Below are positions 29,823 through 41,371 of a stretch of DNA of 64,000 bases, piece by piece. Source of the DNA: Bacteroidales bacterium (lineage in GTDB: Bacteria; Bacteroidota; Bacteroidia; Bacteroidales; VadinHA17); the NCBI GenBank assembly GCA_038207725.1, contig JBBQZN010000006.1, forward strand, positions 4,824 through 68,823, given 5' to 3'. Under the pieces are notes generated by a model. That model was not told the origin of the DNA, did not search any database, and saw only the letters and a program-made list of their open reading frames with translations. Positions within the stretch are counted from its first letter, which is position 1. Every line of letters starts with the position of its first letter. Position numbers and translations under genes: made by a program.

Positions 29823-32453
29823 CTATTTTACATTTTTAAGAATCTGTTCACCTATACCTATCCTATAGCCTGCTGAGGTGAAGGTCACATTACCTTTTTT
29901 ATCAGCAAGAAGCACAAATGGTAAACTTAAGGTCCCTGATTCATCTGGCTTGAATACATAAAGTAATTCAAATTTAATATCAATACCAAAGAAGGAATTT
30001 ACAGGTAAGCCTTTAAGTGATTCAGGTTTTAAAACGGATAACGATTCCCCTGAGTCTGAAAGAAACAGAAAGTCCCCTCCCCAATTATCAAGTTCTGTTT
30101 TAAGAAGCGGGAGATCATTAAAAATATGTTTTGTAGGTTCCTTATCCGGCTCGATCCATATTATAACGGTTCCTTTGGGGTTTACACCTGATATTACTTC
30201 AGCCTGATGCTCAACAAGAGCTTTTATTTTTTTAAGATCAATTTTACCTGATATTTTTCTTTCTGACAGGTCTTTTCTTAAAGTTACATCAATCATTTTA
30301 TGTTCATTTTCTTGCAGATTAAAAAACGAGATTGAAGACAATACTTTGCTATCATTCAGTCTATTACCAGTTACCAACATATAACTTCCGGGTATAAGAG
30401 CAAGTTTCTTTTCAAAGTCAGATACCTTCTCGTTAAATTTATACTCAAGCGTAATATATCTCCCGTTAATTAATCTTGCAATCGTAAAATGCGAATAGTA
30501 TTCAGGTACAGGCTTGTCATCAATTGATTTAAAAGTAATATATCCCTTAACAAGTTCAGGTTTCTTCTGATCAGTAAAATAAACATCATTCCATTTTTCA
30601 TTTCTGAAATACTGGGGCAAATTACTACCCGGTTCAAGTCGTGCAGGTATTCCCAGTGTCCTGCATATTGCGACGAAGCATATAGCTCTGGAGTCAGAAT
30701 CTGACACTTTCAGATCGAGTACCCCACGTGGTGTTATAGGAGTTCCATAATAGTTCTCATCGTCACTGATCCTGATTGTTTCATTCAGGTAATTTACGAT
30801 CCGAGAAGGCTCAGATAATGAAGAGGTCTTTACTGTTTCCGGAATTCTGTCATGTATTTCAGAGCGCCAGCCGGTTAGAATTTCATTTGCCACCCTTGGA
30901 TTTAGAATATATTCCAGATAAAATTTATACCCATCACTACCTTTATATATAGCAGGATCATAGCTGCAACTCATATGGTCAGAAAGAATAAAGCTCTTTG
31001 TATCTCTCAAGTCTTTTTCTGCGACGGTTTCGAGCAAATCCAGAGCCCTGACTCTCATTGAATCATTTGTTTGTGAAATAAATGAGACAATCTCTCTGTA
31101 ATTTCCCATGCTTTTTCTCAGCACCTCCCGAAGTCTGATCGGGTCAGTATTGAGTACTATTGACAGAGAATCAATCTGCGGCGTTTTTAACCAGGTGTTA
31201 ATATATTTCTGCCTGATAAAGTTTTCTTTCTCAAATCTTTCTGAGTTTGCTTTTGCAAGATCAGCAGATGGAGTTGAGCGTGGTGCCCTGAGAATTGGAA
31301 CATCAAGATCGAGATCGAGTTTATATGATTCATTTCCATCCCTGGTTAGTTTCAGAACCAGGGTATCAGTTTCGCTTAACGAAATCTTTTTAAAATCAAA
31401 GTGTTTTCCATCTGAAGCCCAGATAAGAAGATCACCAAGACCTGTTTCGAAGCTGCTTAAGCCATTAGAATCTGTGTTTACAGTTGCAAGTGAATAATAT
31501 TCAGCATAATTATATAGCTTATATTCAACCGAAGCATCAGTGGCAGGCTCATTTTTACTGTTAAGAACGCTCACAACTACTCTCTTCGTAACAGCATATT
31601 TTGACAGATTATTGACTTCAGAATATAGTTTGAATTTATTTATAGTGTTTTCATTTCCATCTGGGGCACCGAATGATTTGGTGTGCACCAGCATTGCCCG
31701 TCGTGCAGGTTCAGTGAACCATCCCAGATCAAGAACAGGTTCAGGTTCGCATGCTCCCATATAATACCAGTTTCCTTCATCCCAAATTTCAACCCAGGCA
31801 TGATTATCATCAGTATGTGCCCATCTCGGAGTATAAACCTGTCGTGCAGGAATACCGGCTGTTCTCAATGCAGCTACAGTAAATGTAGATTCTTCTCCGC
31901 ATCTGCCCCTGGCAGACAGTATTGTGCTTAATGGAGAAGATGTGCGTATATCTGATGGCTGGTAATTAACCTTTTCGTGACACCAGTGATTTACTTCAAG
32001 TGCTGCCTCTTTCAAACTCATCCCTTTTATGCGGCTGTGAATTTCATCATAGTATGCAATCCTGAATGAATCGAGGTTTTCATTATTTATACGGCACGGA
32101 AGGACATAGTGTAGAAAAATATTTTCCGGTATTGTTTTGCCCCAAGGGATTTCTGTTCTGGACTGAAGGGATTTATTAACGTTGGCCAGAAAAAACTTGC
32201 CTTCATAATCAGCCAGATCATTAAGGGGCATAAATGCGTAAAGAAATTTCATCGCTTCTGTCTGATCCAATGAAAGTTCGCTTTTAAATACCGAAAAAAG
32301 ACTCTCACTTCTGTTTGCAGCAAGTTCTTTCCTCTCAATAAATATCGCATTGACATTTGAGAGGTATTCTTTATTGTTTATCAGATTATTGCTTCGACAG
32401 CTACTAAAAATAACCAGAATGGAAATAATAATAAGTTTCAGAACTGATTTCAT
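29823..32453 (-). CDS. large secreted transglutaminase-like cysteine protease-fold protein
   Basis: Lipobox/signal peptide and the transglutaminase core GRCGEESTFTVAALRTAGIPARQV...HAWVEIWDEGNWYYMGACEP (Cys-His-Asp). A second IPARLEP-containing repeat is present. Confidence 0.85.
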   Translation of the reverse strand: MKSVLKLIIISILVIFSSCRSNNLINNKEYLSNVNAIFIERKELAANRSESLFSVFKSELSLDQTEAMKFLYAFMPLNDLADYEGKFFLANVNKSLQSRTEIPWGKTIPENIFLHYVLPCRINNENLDSFRIAYYDEIHSRIKGMSLKEAALEVNHWCHEKVNYQPSDIRTSSPLSTILSARGRCGEESTFTVAALRTAGIPARQVYTPRWAHTDDNHAWVEIWDEGNWYYMGACEPEPVLDLGWFTEPARRAMLVHTKSFGAPDGNENTINKFKLYSEVNNLSKYAVTKRVVVSVLNSKNEPATDASVEYKLYNYAEYYSLATVNTDSNGLSSFETGLGDLLIWASDGKHFDFKKISLSETDTLVLKLTRDGNESYKLDLDLDVPILRAPRSTPSADLAKANSERFEKENFIRQKYINTWLKTPQIDSLSIVLNTDPIRLREVLRKSMGNYREIVSFISQTNDSMRVRALDLLETVAEKDLRDTKSFILSDHMSCSYDPAIYKGSDGYKFYLEYILNPRVANEILTGWRSEIHDRIPETVKTSSLSEPSRIVNYLNETIRISDDENYYGTPITPRGVLDLKVSDSDSRAICFVAICRTLGIPARLEPGSNLPQYFRNEKWNDVYFTDQKKPELVKGYITFKSIDDKPVPEYYSHFTIARLINGRYITLEYKFNEKVSDFEKKLALIPGSYMLVTGNRLNDSKVLSSISFFNLQENEHKMIDVTLRKDLSERKISGKIDLKKIKALVEHQAEVISGVNPKGTVIIWIEPDKEPTKHIFNDLPLLKTELDNWGGDFLFLSDSGESLSVLKPESLKGLPVNSFFGIDIKFELLYVFKPDESGTLSLPFVLLADKKGNVTFTSAGYRIGIGEQILKNVK

Positions 32454-32598
32454 TTCTTATAGAATAAAATGGTAAAAATGTTAACAGTGTCTCAACAATA
32501 AAAGTCAGACATTGCCGAAAATTATTGCAGTAACAAAATAACAGGAAATTCGTTACAAAGAAAAGTAAAGTATTAAATGATCCGGATCAGAACCGGAT

Positions 32599-33633
32599 TT
32601 AAATTGTACCGCAGGAGTTTCTGACAATCAGTTCAGGTGCAATATTAACCTGTCGCTTAAATTTACCTTTTCCCGAGTTTTTCACTTCCGACCAGATCAT
32701 GTTGGCTACCTTAGTTGAAATTCCCGAGAGCGGCTTTCTCAGACATGTTACAGGCGGGAACATCAGATCAAACCCTATTCCCTCCTCCATCGACACAATA
32801 GCAATATCCTGAGGTATTCTTACCTTTTTCCTTCTCAGGATTGACATAATCGGATAAACAAGTCCGGCATTCATTATTATCATCGCATCAGCACGATAAG
32901 GAGGACGAAGGAATTTTTCAAACTGAGAAAAATCAATATCATCACCTGAAACAGGTATATTCAATTCAATTATTACAGGTCTGTTTATTGCAGCTTTCCC
33001 CTCTATGGCATCAGCAACCTCAATTAAAGCGGCTTTGTCGGTTTTGTAAACCTTCTTTTCCGCCATAATGATAATATTTTTATAGCCAAGTTTATCAAGA
33101 TGATCTGCTACAAGAAGTGAACCTGCCGCATTGTCGGTGGATATAGTATTTAATCTTAATGATTTCACGGTTTTCTCAAGAAGTACAAAGGGGTAATCTG
33201 AAGTCCGCAGTGCACGTATTGTATTTTCATCTGCAGCATCACTAAGAAGGATTAATCCGCTATAGAATTTTTTAAAAGCACCAATAAGACGGTCATATCT
33301 CTGATCATCAGGGTCTTTTGTGACAATAGAAAAACCGACTCCGATACTTGAAAAAGCTTTCTGAAGATAGGGTGTTATCTGAATTACAAATGGATCATTC
33401 AAAGAAGGGACTATCATTCCCATTACACCAGGTTTCTCTTCGACAGGAGCGACCTCATTCTTTTCACTGAGAGCAGCGAAGTATCCCATCTGTTTTGCAA
33501 GTGCCAACACCTTTTCCTGGGTATCTTTTCGGATACCCTGCTCATCCGCTTTATTATTTAAAACCAGTGACACTAAAGTCCCGGAAACGCCCAAGCGAGC
33601 GGCTAAATCTTTATTTTTAAATTTTTTCCCCAT
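32599..33633 (-). CDS. LacI-family transcriptional regulator
   Basis: N-terminal HTH DLAARLGVSGTLVSLVLNN and a periplasmic-binding-protein-like C-domain. Confidence 0.88.
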   Translation of the reverse strand: MGKKFKNKDLAARLGVSGTLVSLVLNNKADEQGIRKDTQEKVLALAKQMGYFAALSEKNEVAPVEEKPGVMGMIVPSLNDPFVIQITPYLQKAFSSIGVGFSIVTKDPDDQRYDRLIGAFKKFYSGLILLSDAADENTIRALRTSDYPFVLLEKTVKSLRLNTISTDNAAGSLLVADHLDKLGYKNIIIMAEKKVYKTDKAALIEVADAIEGKAAINRPVIIELNIPVSGDDIDFSQFEKFLRPPYRADAMIIMNAGLVYPIMSILRRKKVRIPQDIAIVSMEEGIGFDLMFPPVTCLRKPLSGISTKVANMIWSEVKNSGKGKFKRQVNIAPELIVRNSCGTI

Positions 33634-33700
33634 TTCCCCTAATAATTGGAAGAAATAAATTTAGTTGATTTTTTCTAACGAAAAAAAAAATTAATCATTT

Positions 33701-33763
33701 TTAACTATTTTTTTGGAGGATTGATTCCCCTCTGTTTCACGGCAGTTTCAAGCCTTGCCTGCC
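33701..33763. repeat. 63-bp direct repeat, copy A (orphan duplicate of the yidC 3' end)
   Basis: Identical to 33901-33963 except at 33702 and 33739. On the minus strand it would encode ...QARLETAVKQRGINPPKK*. Confidence 0.9.
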
Positions 33764-33847
33764 TACCCCCTGCCCCCTAAAGGGGGTTCTGTAAGATACT
33801 GATAATCAGGAATATCTCTTTAAAGCTTGCCCCGCTTGGGTGGGGGG
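33764..33847. repeat. about 84-bp GC-rich mini-element (C-run/G-run hairpins), copy 1
   Basis: TACCCCCTGCCCCCTAAAGGGGG...TAAAGCTTGCCCCGCTTGGGTGGGGGG. It shares TACCCCCT, an internal CCCCC/GGGGG palindrome and TAAAGCTT with 47864-47942. Confidence 0.7.
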
Positions 33848-33900
33848 ATTTAGGGATTTTTAATCAGATGTAGCTTTTTATACATCCTCTTTAATATTTC

Positions 33901-33963
33901 TCAACTATTTTTTTGGAGGATTGATTCCCCTCTGTTTCGCGGCAGTTTCAAGCCTTGCCTGCC
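33901..33963. repeat. 63-bp direct repeat, copy B (functional 3' end of yidC)
   Basis: See copy A. This copy supplies the last 19 codons and the stop of yidC. Confidence 0.9.
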
Positions 33964-35869
33964 ATTTTGATTTCTTAACCGGTTTCTTTTTATTCTCCTC
34001 AAGAGTAGCAAGTACCGCATCAGCATTTATGAATTGCTTGGATAGGATGTTTTGCCCGAAGGTTATCATGTTAGCCAGAAAATAGTAATATGTGAGACCA
34101 GATGAGAAATTATTAAGAATTAACATGAACATTACCGGCATCATATACATCATCAGTTTCATCCCCGGCTGGTCGGAACCAGGAGTTGAGCCCTGCATCT
34201 TCATTGTAAGAAGTGTAGAGGCTGTCATGAGAAGTGTAAATAGACTGACATGGCTTCCGTACATAGGAATAGTGAAAGGTAGAGTCAATATTGAATCATA
34301 AGTTGAAAGGTCAGTTGCCCAAAGGAAGTGCTCCTGTCTCAATTCAATAGAGACAGGGAAGAAACGGAACATAGCAAACAGGATCGGCATCTGAAGGAGC
34401 ATTGGAAGACACCCGCCCATTGGATTAACTCCGGCCCTTTTATAAAGGTCCATTGTTGCCTGCTGTTTTTTCATTGCATCCTCTTTCTTTGGAAACTTTT
34501 TCCCAAGCTCATCAACAAGAGGCTTCAATACCTGCATTTTTGCCTGCGACTGATATGATTTAAATGTAAGAGGGAAAAGTACAATCTTTATTATTATTGT
34601 AAGGATCAGAATAATTATACCATAACTTCCTATGTAGTTATCGAGCCAGTTGAATATCGGAATTATAGCAAAACGGTTTATCCAGCCAATTATATTCTTA
34701 CCCAGAAATACCAGCTTGTCAAGGTCAAGTCCCTCTTTTTTAAGAATTGTAATAGAATTCGGGCCATAGTATAACTTCATTTTAATGTCTGTGGAAGCTC
34801 CCTGTTCGAACGGAACACCAACTTCGGAAGTAAAGTATCTTATATACTTCGGTGATTCGGTTGTTTTTGTTGAAGAGACTGATCCATTCAAAAAGAAATC
34901 ATTTGTTATGAGTACTGATGAGAAAAACTGATCCTGAAAGGCTATCCAGCTGAGTTTGGTAGTTATATCTGCTTTTTCAATATCTTTACTTTGGCGCTGT
35001 TTTAAATTGACAACATCATCCTGAAAGTACTTATACCTGATATCAGCATAATTTTCTTCATTTGTTCTGCCTTTTTCCTGCTGAGGAATATACATTTTCC
35101 AGTCAAGTGTAAGGCTATTCTGATTCGAAGCAATAATTCCATCCATCGACTTGAACGTAACTTCGAAGTCAATCATATACTTATCAGGTGCAAGAGTGTA
35201 CCTGTATTCAATATATTTATTATCAGATGCATTGAGCCTGAGAATTACAGTCTGGGGTTCGGAAGTGGCATCAAATGATTTTTTTTCACTTACAGGGGTG
35301 AAGTAAAGATTATTTGTCTGTACTGCTTTATTATCAGTTGTAAAGAAGTTAAAACCGAAGACAGTTGAATCGCCTGAAAAAAGAATCATTGGCATAGAAT
35401 CAAATGTGCGGTACTCCTTAAGACGTGCAGAATAGACCTTTCCGCCCTTTAGTGAAATTTTGAGTTCAACCTTACTGTTTTCGAGTGTCATGAACTCATT
35501 TTCACCAGTTGCTGCAGGTGCAAAAACGCCATATTGGTTACTATCAGCAGTAGTCTGCTGAATTGCGGCAGGTATGTCTGCATTAGTTTGTTGTGCAGGA
35601 ACTGAGTCAATCTTAACAGATGGAGAAGACATTCCAAGTTTAATGTTAATCTCATTTACTTTGGCAACAGCATCAGGCTGATTCGGCTTGAATCGAAGTG
35701 CATTAATATATTCGGTACGTGCATTTTCAAGGTCTCCCTTGGCATAATAGGCATCAGCAACGACAACAGCACTTTCGAAACCTTTATTCATTTTGCTGTT
35801 GTTATATACAATGAAACCAATAAAGATTGCAAAAATCAGAATTATGCCAGTAATTGTATTTCTATCCAT
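33905..35869 (-). CDS. yidC: membrane protein insertase YidC
   Basis: N-terminal anchor, a large periplasmic domain, and the conserved C-terminal TM core (GCLPMLLQMPILFAMF, MYMMPVMF). Confidence 0.92.
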   Translation of the reverse strand: MDRNTITGIILIFAIFIGFIVYNNSKMNKGFESAVVVADAYYAKGDLENARTEYINALRFKPNQPDAVAKVNEINIKLGMSSPSVKIDSVPAQQTNADIPAAIQQTTADSNQYGVFAPAATGENEFMTLENSKVELKISLKGGKVYSARLKEYRTFDSMPMILFSGDSTVFGFNFFTTDNKAVQTNNLYFTPVSEKKSFDATSEPQTVILRLNASDNKYIEYRYTLAPDKYMIDFEVTFKSMDGIIASNQNSLTLDWKMYIPQQEKGRTNEENYADIRYKYFQDDVVNLKQRQSKDIEKADITTKLSWIAFQDQFFSSVLITNDFFLNGSVSSTKTTESPKYIRYFTSEVGVPFEQGASTDIKMKLYYGPNSITILKKEGLDLDKLVFLGKNIIGWINRFAIIPIFNWLDNYIGSYGIIILILTIIIKIVLFPLTFKSYQSQAKMQVLKPLVDELGKKFPKKEDAMKKQQATMDLYKRAGVNPMGGCLPMLLQMPILFAMFRFFPVSIELRQEHFLWATDLSTYDSILTLPFTIPMYGSHVSLFTLLMTASTLLTMKMQGSTPGSDQPGMKLMMYMMPVMFMLILNNFSSGLTYYYFLANMITFGQNILSKQFINADAVLATLEENKKKPVKKSKWQARLETAAKQRGINPPKK

Positions 35870-35956
35870 TCTATCAGGTTAATTAAATTGTGATTCTCAG
35901 TAGTTAAAACTTTATATGATAATGCTTTAAAATTTAAAATGAAGATCCCGGAAAGA

Positions 35957-37585
<1,629 letters not shown>

Positions 37586-37599
37586 TTATAATTATTTAA

Positions 37600-39591
37600 T
37601 TATTCATCAAGACCGGATTGGTCAATCATTTTGACCTTTTCCTCAAGTGTCTTAATCATATTTTTTGCACTCAAAATCTTATCCTCAACTTCACGAATCA
37701 TGGTATCGGCATTAGCAGATTTTGCAAAGAAACCAATATTATTTTCCCAAAGAACGATATCACTTTCGAGCTGTTTGATTTTAGTAAAGAACTTATCGCG
37801 CTCATTTCTTACTTTTCTGGAAGCAGCTTTTGGATTTGATTTCAGATTATCAAGCTTTGACTTGTACTTAAGAATGCTCTTATCATCATCTCCGATTTTC
37901 AGCTTATCGAACTCTTTATTAATTGCGTTTCTGTATTTGTTAGTGATTTCATCCTTCATATTGAATGGAACAAATCCTATATCAGTCCATCTTCGCTGAA
38001 TCTCCTTGAGTCGCTCAAATGCTGCATGAACATCTGATCCTGGTTCAAATTTATCAAGCTCACCAATTATAGATAGTTTTGCTTTAAGATTATCTTCATA
38101 TGAAGTATCAAGTTTTGAAAAGAACTCAGCTTTCAGGTTAAAGAAATGGTCGCATGCTTTTCTGAATCTCTTCCAGCTCCTCTCAGACTGTTTTCTTGGG
38201 ACTGGTCCTATATCCTTCCATTCTTTCTGCAGTTTTATTAGTGAATCAGAAGTTGCCTTCCAGTCAGCACTTTCCTGCAGAGCTTCAGCCTGAACACAGA
38301 GATCTGTTTTAAGCTGAAGATTGTGCATCTGAACCTCCTTATTATCAGCATAGAATCCTCTCTTCTTTTCGAAAAAAGCATCGCATGCTTCCCTGAACCT
38401 CTGGTATACTTTATTATTCTGTTTTTTTGGAGCAAACCCAATAGTACGCCACATTCTCTGAAGCTCAACTACTTTCTCAGCACGTTCATCAAACTCCTTG
38501 AAATTTTTTATTTCATAGAGATTGATCGTCTCGACCTCTTCGCTAAGGGCCATTTTGGCTTCAAGATTTTTTCGCTGATCATCTTTTTGTTTCTCAAAAT
38601 ATTCATGATGGCGCTTATTAATCTGAGAAGTAGCCTCTTTGAATCTTTCCCATATTTCATTTTTGGATTCAAGGGGGACAGGACCAATCTCACGCCACTG
38701 GTTATGATAGTCCTGCAGCAGCCTGAAGGCATTTACCGGATTTGGTTCAAGCAGAAGTTCTTCAGCCTTCTCACATAAAAGGACCTTGGTTTCGAGGTTC
38801 TTTTTCAGATCAAGGTCGCGTAACTCTTTATTAATCTTGATATAATCATAGAATATCTCTACATAATGGTGGTAGTTTTCCCAGATATCTTTTAAAGCTG
38901 TCTGAGGAACAACACCAACAGAATGCCAGTCATTTTGTAAAGCCCTGAAATCATGGAAAGTCTTATTTATTGATTCTTCCCTGTTAACAAGATCCTTAAT
39001 CTTCTCTATTATATCATATTTCTTTTTAAGATTCTCAAGCTTCTCAGTTTCTTGAATCTTGTTATAATCTGTTTTCTTCTCTCTGAATTTTTCAAGCAGA
39101 TGTTTTACCCTGGCATCATCCGGATCAATCCATATACGATACTCCTCAATCTTACCTCCTGTCTCAAGATATTTAGCTTTACGCTCTTCTGTATCCTGTT
39201 TTAGTTTTTTGTAAAAAAGTATCTTTATTCTCTCTACATCCTCCCGTATTTCACCGGCAGCCCTGTTCTCAACAATCAGCGTAAGTGTTTCAACAAGTTC
39301 ATGTTTTGTATACCCTGAATAGTCTACTTGAGGAAGTGTAATGTCATCGAAGTCATGCTCATTGACCTGCTCAATAATAATAACTTCAGGCTTGGATTCA
39401 ACTGCTTCCTGAACTTTAACATCCTCAATTTCAATAACTTCAGTAACAATACTTTCTGGCATATCACCAGAATCCTGTAAATCAGGTATTTGCGCGGTTT
39501 CCGCCTGTGTGGTTTCCTCAGATTCGGCAGCAATTTTTTCTGCCCCAAATTGTTCTTCACGAACAGAGTCTTCCGGATTTTTTTTGGTCAT
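37600..39591 (-). CDS. DUF349 repeat protein
   Basis: Repeated helical units carry W..IG.VP motifs (WHSVGVVP, WREIGPVP, WRTIGFAP, WKDIGPVP, WTDIGFVP). The first ATG is at 39591. Confidence 0.85.
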   Translation of the reverse strand: MTKKNPEDSVREEQFGAEKIAAESEETTQAETAQIPDLQDSGDMPESIVTEVIEIEDVKVQEAVESKPEVIIIEQVNEHDFDDITLPQVDYSGYTKHELVETLTLIVENRAAGEIREDVERIKILFYKKLKQDTEERKAKYLETGGKIEEYRIWIDPDDARVKHLLEKFREKKTDYNKIQETEKLENLKKKYDIIEKIKDLVNREESINKTFHDFRALQNDWHSVGVVPQTALKDIWENYHHYVEIFYDYIKINKELRDLDLKKNLETKVLLCEKAEELLLEPNPVNAFRLLQDYHNQWREIGPVPLESKNEIWERFKEATSQINKRHHEYFEKQKDDQRKNLEAKMALSEEVETINLYEIKNFKEFDERAEKVVELQRMWRTIGFAPKKQNNKVYQRFREACDAFFEKKRGFYADNKEVQMHNLQLKTDLCVQAEALQESADWKATSDSLIKLQKEWKDIGPVPRKQSERSWKRFRKACDHFFNLKAEFFSKLDTSYEDNLKAKLSIIGELDKFEPGSDVHAAFERLKEIQRRWTDIGFVPFNMKDEITNKYRNAINKEFDKLKIGDDDKSILKYKSKLDNLKSNPKAASRKVRNERDKFFTKIKQLESDIVLWENNIGFFAKSANADTMIREVEDKILSAKNMIKTLEEKVKMIDQSGLDE

Positions 39592-39817
39592 AATCAATCC
39601 TTTTAGTTTTCAGCTCTTTATAAGAGTTTATTACCATGGCATACCATGGACTTTTCAGAGTACGAAAATATTGAAATATTTAATAAAATTCAAAGTTTTG
39701 CGATAAATAAATGTGAGAATCAGACAATAAGAGAATATGCAGCCTGATTTGGCATTCCAATAAAGCAGGCAGGAAATGTTTTCACTTGTGTAAAAGTTAC
39801 CTTTATAATGGAATTGC

Positions 39818-39825
39818 TATATTTG
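39818..39825 (+). promoter_or_regulatory. -7 promoter box (TATATTTG) upstream of the 59-aa ORF
   Basis: Exact TAnnTTTG match, 62 nt upstream of the ATG at 39887. Confidence 0.4.
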
Positions 39826-39886
39826 TATAAAGTAATTAGTGTCGTACCACATTTTTATTATAAATCACTAATCATCATATTATCAA

Positions 39887-40066
39887 ATGAATAAAATTGA
39901 AGTTATTGCATTTTCTGCAGCTTTTGCAATTGTAGCAATGAAGTTATATCAGAAATATTATAAAAAGGACCAGAACAAAGGTTCTGGCAATAATCAAAAA
40001 CAGGGAGGCAATTTATTATCATCAGGTCATGGTGACGATGATTATGAACCTTACTCTAAAAAATAG
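39887..40066 (+). CDS. 59-aa small membrane protein (below the ORF-track cutoff)
   Basis: MNKIEVIAFSAAFAIVAMKLYQKYYKKDQNKGSGNNQKQGGNLLSSGHGDDDYEPYSKK has one TM helix and a charged tail. It has its own -7 box and is convergent with the HlyD gene, 8 nt stop-to-stop. Confidence 0.4.
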   Translation: MNKIEVIAFSAAFAIVAMKLYQKYYKKDQNKGSGNNQKQGGNLLSSGHGDDDYEPYSKK

Positions 40067-40073
40067 GATTCTG

Positions 40074-41363
40074 CTATCTCCTGTTTCTGGTAATCATGTA
40101 ACGGAATGGATTCAGTATCTTCTGGAGTAAATTAACATCATCGGTAATTATTTCAGCAGTACCCTGCATCTTCTGGTTGAATTCAAGTGAATGTCCGTAC
40201 AATGTTTTAAGACCATCAGGCAGCAGAACCTCAATTACATAGGTATCTCCGGCAGGAACCAATGATTTTGATCTGACGATGCCTCTGACCATACCAAATT
40301 CGAGGTACGGATATCCGCTTAGTTTGATATTTACCTGCTGACCTGCTTTTACTTTTCCTGATCTGTACATACCAAGATAAATTCTTCCCAGGAAATCTCC
40401 GGTTTGTGCCGGAATTATGTTCATTACCGGATCATCTTTTGCGACTGACTGATTCACGCTCCAGTACTTTGTAAATGAAACACTTCCGGCAACAGGTGAG
40501 ATCAGAAGGTAGCGATCCTCCCAAATTTTCAGCTGAGCTTTAAGATTAAAGAATGATTCCATGAGTATTGTCACGAGTGTTTCCCTCTCCTCACTGCGTT
40601 TAATGCGGTAATCCTGTAGCAATTGCTCTCTTTCAGCAAGGAGAATAATCCTTTCAGCATGCTGAAGGCGAACATCCTGGAGTTCTATTCTTATCTTTAA
40701 CAGTGATTGCTGAGATGCCTCTTTTGTGCTTTCAGAAACAGCATTACCCGCGAACAGGCTTGAGTCGCGTTTGAATTTTTTGATTTCAAGATTCTGATTC
40801 TGAATAAGCAATTTTTCCTTAACATACAGACTACTTATATAATTGCCCAATCCATTAATTTCTGTTTTCAGGGAGATTACCTTGTTCCCGTAAAAGTCAT
40901 TAATATCATAAGTTCCAAGATTCCTGACATTCCTGAGGAAAAGGGAATAAAATTCCTGCAACTCTCCCAATTCAGTAAATACCGGCATTGAATCAGATGA
41001 AATCAGTTCTGGTTTATTAAGTGTATCTAGTACACTTCTTAATGTTTCTATTTCCCCGACAGATGCCGTTGACTCCATAACTGCAAGCAGTTGATTACTC
41101 TGGACTTTATCCTTTTCTTTAACGTATAGTCGTTCTATATGGCCTGTAATTTTTGATGAAATGGTTACCGGAGGGTTCTGAGTGGTAATTTCTATTTCAG
41201 AAGGAATAACATCAGGATATCGGATGATCCATGAAAAAACAAATAGCAAAATGAAGACAGCAAACAGCACAAATGTTCCCCACCTCACTATCCTGCCGGG
41301 AGGTGTGCCCATTATTTCCTTAACAGTATCAGAATAAAGTATGTCTGGTTTTCTTTCCTTCAT
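40074..41363 (-). CDS. HlyD-family secretion adaptor (bacteriocin/peptide export accessory)
   Basis: N-terminal TM helix, a lipoyl-like hairpin (GHIERLYVKEKDKVQSNQLLAVME), a long coiled coil and a C-terminal beta domain. It lies immediately downstream of the C39-ABC exporter. Confidence 0.85.
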   Translation of the reverse strand: MKERKPDILYSDTVKEIMGTPPGRIVRWGTFVLFAVFILLFVFSWIIRYPDVIPSEIEITTQNPPVTISSKITGHIERLYVKEKDKVQSNQLLAVMESTASVGEIETLRSVLDTLNKPELISSDSMPVFTELGELQEFYSLFLRNVRNLGTYDINDFYGNKVISLKTEINGLGNYISSLYVKEKLLIQNQNLEIKKFKRDSSLFAGNAVSESTKEASQQSLLKIRIELQDVRLQHAERIILLAEREQLLQDYRIKRSEERETLVTILMESFFNLKAQLKIWEDRYLLISPVAGSVSFTKYWSVNQSVAKDDPVMNIIPAQTGDFLGRIYLGMYRSGKVKAGQQVNIKLSGYPYLEFGMVRGIVRSKSLVPAGDTYVIEVLLPDGLKTLYGHSLEFNQKMQGTAEIITDDVNLLQKILNPFRYMITRNRR

Positions 41364-41371
41364 AATAGTAG

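Noticed and set aside
33701-33963. Possible CRISPR-like or minisatellite array
   Set aside because: There are only two copies of a 63-bp repeat with a 200-bp period. One copy is part of yidC and no cas genes are present. It is treated as a duplication (see findings).
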